Of a stretch of 64,000 bases of DNA, positions 12,297-28,156 are shown one piece after another (the stretch's first letter is position 1; every line of letters begins with the position of its first letter). This DNA is from Eledone cirrhosa (Eukaryota). The notes below the pieces were generated by a model, which did not search any database, was not told the DNA's origin, and saw only the letters and a list, made by a program, of their open reading frames with translations. The stretch lies in assembly GCA_964016885.1 (NCBI GenBank), contig OZ024741.1, positions 310,310,001 through 310,374,000 on the forward strand. The letters run 5' to 3'. A program made the position numbers and the translations under genes.

Positions 12297-14716
12297 TTAG
12301 CAGGTAATAAGATTGGATAGCAGATTCAAATTGTCTGAAAGTATTAAAATGCAACTAAAAGCTACTTTTTGTAATGATAAAAAGATATAAACCATAAAAA
12401 GATATGACCGAAAGAATACGATCGCGAATACAAGTGGCTAAAATAGGATTCCTCCAAAGGGCTTTTGGAGTAATGTTGCTCGATCAAGTGTGTAGCTTGG
12501 AGATCAGAGAGTCACTCCAGGTAGAGCTGCTACTTTTCCAAATTGAGAGATCACAGCTCTGATACTATGGACATGTGGTTAGAATGTCTCAGGAAATAAT
12601 CGCTGGACAGATTTTATGGGCAAAACCAACAGGCAAGAGACCCAGGAGTACACCCCCGAGAAAGATGGTTGGATAATATCCATGAGCTTGGGGGTGGTTG
12701 CTTCTGACAGGACCCACTGGAAGGAGTGTTTGAGGACTCTTCCCACATGACCCTCTTGGGAATAAGTGGGCAAAGAAGATAAAAAATATTTGTACTGCAA
12801 CTTTATCAGTCAACAGATGTAAGTGGGTTAACACAACTCTTGGGTTGTTTTTTTTTTACTTATAAGAACAAAATTCTAGAGAAATCTTTGCGTTGTCAAA
12901 AATTTGTTTGAAAACTATTCCAAATTTTAGATTGTTTCATGAAAGAAGACAATTTACTATGGATAGATTGTGTAAGACGATAAAAAAATGGTGCATCCTC
13001 AATGACTTCACCAAAAGGCTTCACAGCTTTGGCAAAAAACGATAATGAAAATATTTTTATACCAAGAGGTATGAATTTCAAAACAACTGGAACTCAATTG
13101 AAAGTTGCTATAAAAGCAGTGGTAAAAAGGATCCAATTATATTAAAATCAAACTTCTTCAAATCAAAGTGTTTTGCTTGTGAAGAGATAGGAAAAAAGTT
13201 TCAAAATATTTTCTTCTCTGAAGTTTATTGGCTCTTAAGAAGTTGTGTGCTTTGTCATGTTTACAGATTGTTAAACAAATAAAAAAAATTAAAAATTGTG
13301 CACAAAAAACCATAGCTTGCTGAGATATGTAAACTTTTAAATGAATAAATACCAACATGTAAGGCAGGAAAGTAATTATCTTAACCTCAGTTAACTAAAA
13401 TAGTAATCTGAAAAGGAAAATGTTGAAATGTTTTCTAAAACGACCAAGTGTGATTTAAAATATGATATTACTCCTTTAATCTTTAATATTGCTTAAAGAG
13501 AAATTGAGTACTTCCCAAATATCCAAATACAAGAAAATGATTAGATCAGAAATCCATTTGTCTCATCTTCAACAAACATTTTTTTCACTGGTTGAAGAAG
13601 AAATATTGATATGGAAAATAATTGGAATTTATTTACGATATATAAAGATAATAAATTTGGAAGTTTCTGGATTTATGTTTTAGAGAAGCATCTACATATA
13701 TCTATAAAAGCACTAAACATTTAGTTGGTCTTTTGAACTACATATATTTTTAAAAGTTAGATTTGCAACTGTAATATACCCTTTTGCTGCCAAACTACCT
13801 GAAACTGCACCTGGTTTTACAATATAAATTTATTTATTTTCAGGTGTTTATATTTATCTAAAAACCTTCCACCTAAAAACATCTCATTTATAATGAGAAC
13901 GTTAGTAATATTACTTGTCTCTCCAAATTCTTGATTATCTTAAAATTTATTTTAAAATCATAGGCTGATGGAGTTTGTTGTTGTGGGAAAAGAAAAATTA
14001 ATTTACGAGATGTACATGATAAAATGACAAGTCAGTCAATCATATTGATCGCCTCTCCACAGCCCCGGCAGACAGAATGGAGAAGGCATTTTTCATTAGA
14101 AATGTTTTTCATTAGAAATACAGTCACAAAATGGTTGAATAACAGAAGTTTAAAAATGTTACATCATGTTGATAGTATAACATGTTTGTAGATGTTGTTA
14201 ATATATTATTTTAGTATATCATTATGACATATCGTGCTTGTATATTACGTTGGTACACTGTAAATGTGGTTGGTGTTTGGAAAGGCATTCTTATTGGGGG
14301 GGGGGGGGGGGGGGAATTATTGGATTTTTCAAAATTTAAAGGTTTATTAGCGACTGTCAATGTTTATTTTAGGTTTTCCCGTCTGAAGAGCTCAGACTAT
14401 CTAAACTGATAGTCCTCAGTGAACTATGTATAACGGGGTTTTAAATAAACCTGAACTAACTGAATATGGCCTCCGATCTTTAATTTATATATATATATAT
14501 ATATATATAATCTCTCTATCTCTATTATATATATATATATAAAGCTCCCAGTCCACACTGTAAATGTGGTTGGTGTTAGGAAGGGCATCCAACCGTAGAA
14601 AACCTGCCATATAGTCCTATACCAGCGAAACACGGTCTCCCGACCAATCTTGCCTCAAATGGGACAATTTCCATCTAACCCATGCTAGCGTGGAAGATAG
14701 ACGTTAAACGATGATG

Positions 14717-14770
<54 letters not shown>

Positions 14771-15320
14771 CAGGAAAGACCGTTTTATTTGTACATCCAT
14801 ATTTATTTTGTTTTATGTATTTCAAAGGCAGTTGTATAACATCTGCCATACATGTTCTCTTCAGACCACAATCCAAACAAGATATAAATATCCATTGATA
14901 TGTTACTAGTCATACGTGTTATTCCCTTCGCCGACCAGTAAACATATATTTATGACCGGTAACATATCAATGGATATTTACATCTCGTTTGGATTGTGGT
15001 CTGAAGAGAACACGTAGGGCAGTTGTTATACAATTGCCTTAGGTCTTTGAAATACATGTGACAAAATAAATAGGGATATACAAATGAAATCGTCTTTCTT
15101 TTTTATTATTTTATATATATATAAGGGCGGTGAATTGGCAGTATCGGTAGAGGGTTGGAGGCCATGCTTTCTAGCATAGTTACGTCCCTTTACAGTCTGA
15201 GTTCAAATCCCGCCGAGGTTAACTTTGCCTTTCTTCCTTACGGGATCGATAAAATAAAGTACCAGTAATGTACTGGGTAATTGCTGGCCTTGTGTCTAAA
15301 GTATAAACAATTATTTTATA
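12297..15320. repeat. Right arm of large inverted duplication
   Basis: Reverse complement of 2016-2845 plus 4200-6368; breakpoint falls inside the hAT transposase (cctgctaa). Confidence 0.93.
15123..15316 (+). mobile_element. SINE family A
   Basis: ggcggtgaattggcagtatcggtaga...gagttcaaatcccgccgaggttaactttgcc...aaacaattatt. Confidence 0.8.
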
Positions 15321-15334
15321 TATATATATATACG

Positions 15335-20066
<4,732 letters not shown>

Positions 20067-20067
<1 letters not shown>

Positions 20068-20528
20068 TTCTTAACTCATTGAACCCCTCTGGGTTGCCAT
20101 CTCATCGATTGGAACTTAAGCAAGGATGCCCAATTATGCTTTTAAGGAATCTATACCCACCAAAACTCTGCAACGGCACCCGCTTTACAGTAAATAAACT
20201 AACGCAAAACTTGATCAAGGCGACGATTCTCTCGGGGTGTGGAAAGGAGGAAAATGTTTTTATCCCAAGGATTCCCTTTTGTCCGTCAACATCAGAGATC
20301 CCCTTTTCATTTAGGAGGCTCCAGTTTCCAGTTCGTTGTAGTTTCGCTATGACGATAAATAAGTCTCAGGGGCAAACATTGTCCGTCGCTGGAATAAACC
20401 TAGAAGAGCCATGCTTTTCGCACGGTCAGCTATACGTTGGATGTTCCAGAGTGGGAAGCAAAAGAAACCTTTATGCATTTGCTCCAAACGGTAAAACCAC
20501 AAACATTGTGTACCAAGAAGTTCTGTAA
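20067..20528 (+). pseudogene. Helitron PIF1-family helicase C-terminal fragment
   Basis: [37 protein letters not shown]...[22 protein letters not shown]...[13 protein letters not shown]...[10 protein letters not shown]. Confidence 0.92.
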
Positions 20529-20529
20529 T

Positions 20530-21095
20530 CAACACTGCGACACAAACCGTCTTCTAACAATCAAATATCTCGCTGCTTTCAATAATTACCAAATTGTAGA
20601 CATACTGCCTTTTTGAAATTCATAACACCATACTTTTCGACTGTAAACGTTGTGACCACTTTGAGCTGCACGGTATTGAAATGCACGTTCCCCTCTGGTC
20701 GGTTGAGCCAGTTTTCCATGGATTCGCCAGCGCGTGCAGCAGACGTTGATTCACATGTCTTTGCTGCCGCAGTTGACGCTGTGTTTCGGTTGATACAGCT
20801 CAAACAGCAGACGTTGACTCACAGTTCTTTGCTGCCGCAGTTGACGCTGTGTTTCGGTTGATGCAGCTCGAGCTGCGGAAGTTGACTCCAATTTCTATGC
20901 TGCCACAGTTGACGCTTTGTTTCGGTTGATGCAGCTCGAGCTGCGGAAGTTGCCTCAGCCTTTCTATGCTGCCACAGTTGACGCTTTGTTTCGGTTGATG
21001 CAGCTCGAGCTGCGGAAGTTGCCTCAGCCTTTCTATGCCGCCGTAATGAACGCTGTGGTTCGTTTTCTGCATCTCCTGCAATAGACGTTGCCTCA
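20530..21095 (-). mobile_element. ~69 bp tandem repeat, probable Helitron Rep N-terminal region
   Basis: Repeat encodes HRKAEATSAARAASTETQRQLRQ on the minus strand, followed by AFQY...GSM; resembles charged N-terminal repeats of RepHel proteins. Confidence 0.5.
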
Positions 21096-21096
21096 A

Positions 21097-21195
21097 TATT
21101 AACTTTGCCTTTCTTCCTTACGGGATCGATAAAATAAAGTACCAGTAATGCACTGGGTAATTGCTGGCCTTGTGCCTAAAGTAGAAACAATTATA
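21097..21195 (+). mobile_element. SINE family A 3' half
   Basis: ttaactttgcctttcttccttacgggatcgataaaataaagtaccag...gtagaaacaatt. Confidence 0.8.
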
Positions 21196-21206
21196 ATATA
21201 TATATC

Positions 21207-21279
<73 letters not shown>

Positions 21280-21462
21280 AATATATCTACTAACATAAGC
21301 GCACAGATGTACGCTAATGCCAGAAAATACACAGGTTATGTCATAGTACCTAGGTGGTTCAATGCAGGAGAATGCAGAACAATAATATAAAAGACGTAAA
21401 ATAAGAAAATAATTAAAAAAAAAAAATAAAAAAAAAAATTAACTTACTTACTTAAATTTTCA

Positions 21463-21542
21463 CTCCAACTAATTAGTTTCTGCAATGGGATAAAGACAGT
21501 TACGTAATGAACTGTTGAGAATTTCATTGCGTCATCAGGGAG
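21463..21542 (-). ncRNA. Type I hammerhead ribozyme with extended stem II, in a PLE-like terminal repeat (~21280-21730)
   Basis: ctcc-CTGATGA-c-gcaatg...cattgc-a-GAAA-ctaattag-TT-ggag. Confidence 0.72.
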
Positions 21543-21883
21543 GTCATTCTCAGCTGAGTCTCCAGGCAATGCGCGGACACTGGGGACTCATATAAAAATA
21601 ATAATAATTCGGTAAATGGAACAGCTATCGAGGACTGGATTCCAGCTACTGAAAATTCTCACTGCCACCGATCATATGGCCGATTCTAAAGAATCAATCA
21701 CGTGACACAGAGGCTAGTCAGTAGGAATGGGATGGTAAGATGACAGATATATATATATATATGTATACTAGCTTTGCGGTCAGGGTTTTCGAATCATCGC
21801 CGTAAGGCGATAAGTTGGATTCTTTGAGTAGGTGGCGCGTTGTGTCGTTGAGCAAGGCACTTTATTTCACGTTATAAATATAT

Positions 21884-21931
<48 letters not shown>

Positions 21932-22190
21932 ATGAAATCGAAAATGCAACTGGAGTCTTATTTAAAAAAAAATATATATATTTATTTGGTTCCTTTACTG
22001 GTTTCGCAGTTCTTCTGCTTTTCAAAAGTAGAGTTGAGATGGAGGGTCTGTGGTTTTTGTGAGAAAAACCACAGACCCTCCATCTCAACTCTACTTTTGA
22101 AAAGCAGAAGAACTGCGAAACCGGTAAAGAAACCAAATAAATATATATATATTTTTAAAAATAAGACTCCAGTTGCATTTTCGATTTCAT
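21932..22190. repeat. Near-perfect fold-back palindrome of a PLE-like terminal repeat
   Basis: ~127 bp arms around a 5 nt loop (gtgag, 22059-22063); each arm has a variant HHR core ctt-TTGAAAA-gcag/ctgc-GAAA-ccgg-TA-aag (21993-22028 minus, 22094-22129 plus). Confidence 0.92.
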
Positions 22191-22309
22191 ATTTTTTTCT
22201 TTATACTTTCACTCGTGTAGGACACCTCCGTTATTTTTTTCATTTTGTAAAAAAACCTCACTTTCTAATATATATATAAATATATATATATATATAAATA
22301 TATACAAAT

Positions 22310-23395
<1,086 letters not shown>

Positions 23396-23399
23396 CAAT

Positions 23400-24420
23400 G
23401 ATACTAATACATGGAAACTATCTTTATAAAACCATATTTATTTTATTATATATATTTCAAGGGTACCAAAATTTTCAAGAACTTATCGGTTTAAGTTCAT
23501 TTTGGATAGTCAAAGAAATTTCAAATCTTAGGACGAAATATGTTAATGAGGCTAAACGTACAGTTGAAAAAAATCGTTATATTTAGACGCTAGGTAAATT
23601 AAAATAATTATTAGGATAATTTTTTATTTTTTTATTTTTAAGGGAAGAAGATAGAGTTGTTAATATTAATATTAGGATGTAAGAAAATTTAAGGAATGAG
23701 TATAAGAAAAAAAGTATATTATATTTAGAAATTGTATGGATCAAATCAGTGATGGTGTAAAGAGAGTGATATAATTATAATTATTTATTTAATTATATAA
23801 TTATATATTTTGGTTGTATCTATAAAATAATGAGAATTATAAATGTGTTGAAGTAGTGGAATACCAATTTTAAAAATTGAGAGATAGTACTAATTATTGG
23901 ATCTATTCAAATCGTGAGTTATAATATTATATAGATAATATTTATAAGTATATTTTATGAAGATTTAAGGTTGTAAGTATATTTTACTTTATTATATTAC
24001 AACAGGTTATTTATATAAATATTTATATAAATAATTTTGGTGAGTATAAACGTTTTTTTCCTTAAGATATATAATTTAAATATTTTTATGTATGTTAAGG
24101 GTTTCGAAGAAATTAGTGTTTACATTTTCAATATATAGTTAAGAAAAAGGAAGTAGTTCTATTTTTATTAGAGAAGATTATTTTGTACATTCTTTAGTTC
24201 AATCAAGATAGGAATACATTTACAAAGTTTAGTAAGTTAACGAAATTATACAGAAGATTGAATATTTATGTAAAGTTTAGTTGTTACTTAGAAGAAATAT
24301 TTAAGCGTGTTACATTATAAAGGAAAAGATAACTCCAATGTTTCTTAGTTAAAATAGTTAGGTTAAATTTGTCGTTTATACTAGAATTTACTTTAAAAGA
24401 ATATTCAATTAAGATATATG
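23400..24420 (+). mobile_element. Heavily decayed, cytosine-depleted PLE-like sequence
   Basis: HHR relic aaatatg-TTAATGA-ggct/agtt-GAAA...TT-atattt (23536-23584); only faint RT-like remnants downstream. Confidence 0.35.
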
Positions 24421-24622
24421 CAAAATATATGCAAAATATATGTAAAATATATGTAGAAAAATTTTATATATTATTTTATATATAATTATAAGGTATCCTA
24501 TATTACATATTTTCAAAGATAAACATTCTTTTATATATGTATTTAGATAGCATTATCTACATCGCTGCAAATGTTAATGTCTATATAGTCAATTAGGAAG
24601 AAATATTATAGACATCCAAAGT

Positions 24623-24624
<2 letters not shown>

Positions 24625-24698
<74 letters not shown>
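24625..24698. repeat. (CA)n microsatellite
   Basis: Direct observation. Confidence 0.97.
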
Positions 24699-24705
<7 letters not shown>

Positions 24706-24923
24706 CATTACAAGTAAGTATGTTTTTGAAACAGCTAGTATGTTTGAAATTAGAAATAGAAACCTTTGCCGTATTTTTGAATAGAGAAACTTTTAGCCTG
24801 AGAGTGGGATTTAAAACCCTCTAAGAAATGGAAAGAGATGAGTATTGACGGTGATATATATATATATATATGAAAGACGCAAAATAAGAAAATTATAAAA
24901 ATTAACTTACTTACTAAAATTTC

Positions 24924-25008
24924 ACTCCAACTAATTAGTTTCTGAAAGGGAATAAACATGGTTTCCGAATGGAACAACATAGAGAAAATCCTTTCGTCAT
25001 CAGGAAGT
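24924..25008 (-). ncRNA. Type I hammerhead ribozyme with extended stem II
   Basis: Reverse complement of the motif at 25563-25647. Confidence 0.72.
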
Positions 25009-25562
25009 CTATTCTCAGCTAAGTTCCCAGGCAATGCGTGGACACAGGGAACTTATACAAAAATAATTCATTCGGAAACCATGTTTATTCCCTTTCAGAA
25101 ACTAATTAGTTGGAGTGAAATTTTAGTAAGTAAGTTAATTTTTATAATTTTCTTATTTTACGTCTTTCATATAATTGTTTTGCATCCCCTTGCATTGAAC
25201 CACAAAGTTACTAAGACAAAACCTATATATTTGCTAGCATAGGTATGCATCTGTATATATATGTTGGTAGATATACTAATTCTTTATAATCATCTCCAAA
25301 TTATTTTGTTGAGCAAAAATTTGCCAAAACTACTACTATGGTTCATAGTAATAGTCAGGCTACTGTCTTATTAGCACCCACTCCTCACTGATTAACCTCA
25401 ATGTCACGTGATTGATTCTTTTGAATTTGCCACCGACCAAGTAGGCAGTGATTTTTTCAATGTCCTGGAATTTAGTCCTCGCTTGCTTTTTTCCATCCAC
25501 TGAATTATTTTTGTATAAATTCCCTGTGTCCACGCATTGCCTGGGAACTTAGCTGAGAATAG

Positions 25563-25647
25563 ACTTCCTGATGACGAAAGGATTTTCTCCATGTTGCTCC
25601 ATTCGGAAACCATGTTTATTCCCTTTCAGAAACTAATTAGTTGGAGT
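25563..25647 (+). ncRNA. Type I hammerhead ribozyme with extended stem II
   Basis: acttc-CTGATGA-c-gaaagg...cctttc-a-GAAA-ctaattag-TT-ggagt. Confidence 0.75.
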
Positions 25648-25814
25648 GAAATTTTAGTAAGTAAGTTAATTTTTATAATTTTCTTATTTTACGTCTTTCA
25701 TATAATTGTTCTGCATCCCCTTGCATTGAACCACAAGGTTACTAAGACAAAACCTATATATTTGCTAGCATAGGTATGCATCTGTATATATATATGTTGG
25801 TAGATATACTAATT

Positions 25815-25864
<50 letters not shown>

Positions 25865-25890
25865 CTATTATATATCAAATATATATATAT

Positions 25891-25955
25891 ATATCTGATG
25901 AACAGGCCGGACGTTTCTGTAAGGATCGTCTAGTTTCTTGAAACCTTTGGTAATG
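25891..25955 (+). ncRNA. Hammerhead-like motif abutting a (TA)n tract
   Basis: CTGATGA-...ggacg/cgtct...-GAAA-cc(ttt)gg-TA; stem I is weak. Confidence 0.45.
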
Positions 25956-26167
25956 TAATAATTATATTGTGTTATTTATTATGTAATTAAATAGAATATA
26001 TATATATATATATGATATACAAATCTGGCTGATCAATGGGTCTGCTAATATGCAGATCTGACATACCAGCCAGTCTGCTAATATGCAAATCAGGCCGATC
26101 AGTCACTGTATATTTCAGAATATATTATATATTTTCACTAGCTCTGACAGTTGGACGGTAAGCAGTA

Positions 26168-26216
26168 AACTGCACTGATGAAGGGAAATCATCCAGAAAC
26201 ATTAGTGTCTGCAGTT
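26168..26216 (+). ncRNA. Type I hammerhead ribozyme, near canonical
   Basis: aactgca-CTGATGA-a-gg(gaaatcat)cc-a-GAAA-cat(ta)gtg-TC-tgcagtt; 7 bp stem I, GUC cleavage triplet at 26207-26209. Confidence 0.8.
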
Positions 26217-26331
26217 CTGTTTGTATGCCAACACAAAAGGGAGAATGAGGGGCTCATTCTACTGACATGGCTTATAAAAGAGTTCCATAATTGCAAACGA
26301 ATCAAATTTTATTATTAATATTCGAAAAAAG

Positions 26332-26377
<46 letters not shown>

Positions 26378-26790
26378 CATGAAGTTGATAACCAATTATT
26401 TAACCAACTCTTAACAGACAGTTTAACTACTAAATATCAAAAAGCCCAAATTAACGCCTATAATAATATACAAAATGAAGCTAATGATATAGCAATAAAA
26501 TTAAGAATAGATAATAGAACTGAAAGCCAAGAAAAACGTAGTGCTTACATTAGACGTAAAGACCATAAAATAGATTTCAATAAACGACCTATTTGTAGAC
26601 TTATTAACCTTGCTAAAACAGAAATTGGTTTTGCTAGTAAAAAAAATCTTAAGACATATTAAACCAATATAAAAGAAAACAAAATTATTTCAATGGTAAA
26701 ATACCTCCTCAGTTATATCATGGCATCATGGTTTAATAATAAACAAGAGAAAAATAAGTCTAGTTTTACCCAATTTCATATATTATATTT
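26378..26790 (+). pseudogene. PLE RT N-terminal fragment
   Basis: AYIRRKDHKIDFNKRPICRLINLAKTEIGFASKK, followed by QW*NTSSVISW and FTQFHI; same family as element 2. Confidence 0.8.
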
Positions 26791-28075
26791 AAGGATTCAT
26801 ATAATCTCTCCTGTCCACACTAATGCCCATCTAGGTTTAACTGCCGGCTCATGTTTTTAACAATGATTTACAGTAGTTCAACTTGAACAACAAACAAGGC
26901 ATTCAGACAATAGTGTCATGTGGAATTTCTCTCTGATTTTGACAAGTTTTTTAAAGAAAAAGATCTGAGATACTGATCAATTTTTTTTTTATTGTTTAAT
27001 GAATTTGAGCTTTTGACGGTTTATATTATTAATATTATAAATATAGAAAGAGGAATGCGACACATTTGAGTGGCAAGTAACCCTTCCTTTGATATCTGTA
27101 ACTCAGCCAGCTGGAAATCGGTAGTAGACAACATTCTTCTTTTCAAAGCCTGTAATGATTGAAAGAAAACATGAGATAAAAATAAGCTCCAAGATTAAAA
27201 TGTAGTCTCCCAAAACGCCACGTACATTGTATAGTTCTGCTCTATATAGGTAAAAGTATCAAATGGGAGATATTTTATCTTTCCACACATTGGAAGACAG
27301 TAGCAATATACAGTAGAAGATGATATTGAAAGGAACACGTCAATCTATCGTGTTATCTTCACCCTGTAAACTTGTCCAAACATTTTCAATCAAGTGAACC
27401 ACGTTAAATGTACCCAATGATAAGATTCTGGTCTTAAATAGGGTGGCTAAATATCAGAGCAACCCACAAAAATGTATAAAGAGATATACTATTTTAAATG
27501 GCACAAGAGACTGATCTCAATTCACATTTGGCCTCTCTTATGTAATTTATTGACAGATATATACAGATGTAGCTGAAGATGTCATGCTTATTCTAAGTAG
27601 TTAGTTACAAGTCTGCAAGGCAACCAATGAAGTAGTCTATCAAAAACTAAGAGAGGGCGTGATGTTAAGAAAGGAGAGATGGGTTAGAAAAAGAGAAAGA
27701 GGAAAGGTGAAAGTCCAAAGTAGTGAAGAGAAAGAAACAAAGAAATGAGAAGTGAGCAAACGTAGAGAAGATTTAAAAAAATGTTTTTTTTAGCTGGTCG
27801 TGCCTATTGTAGTCTATTAGTTAAAAATATACTTTTAGCATTCAGGAGTATTGTGCTACTTTGTTTATCAGATATATCGTCCAATGTTTCTTACTTAAAA
27901 ACACCCCAGTAAAGATGTAGGTTATGTCTGAATGTATTAGTGGTCATAAGATTAGTCTTCTACGTTTAATTGGATATCATCATGGTACTCTGACTACCTG
28001 CGAAGACATATAGATAGTTGCTTTGTATTTTCTTTTTCCCTATGATGCGCGTACACACACACACACACACACACG

Positions 28076-28146
<71 letters not shown>

Positions 28147-28156
28147 GCAGAGCGAT

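Larger units (their letters stand above)
24870..25820. repeat. Inverted plus tandem array of PLE-like terminal repeats
   Basis: 24870-25066 is inverted relative to 25505-25700; 25069-25288 is a direct copy of 25600-25820; homologous to 21280-21710. Confidence 0.88.

Noticed and set aside
20750-21050. Regularly spaced repeats resembling a CRISPR array
   Set aside because: Contiguous tandem units without unique spacers, eukaryotic context and no cas genes.
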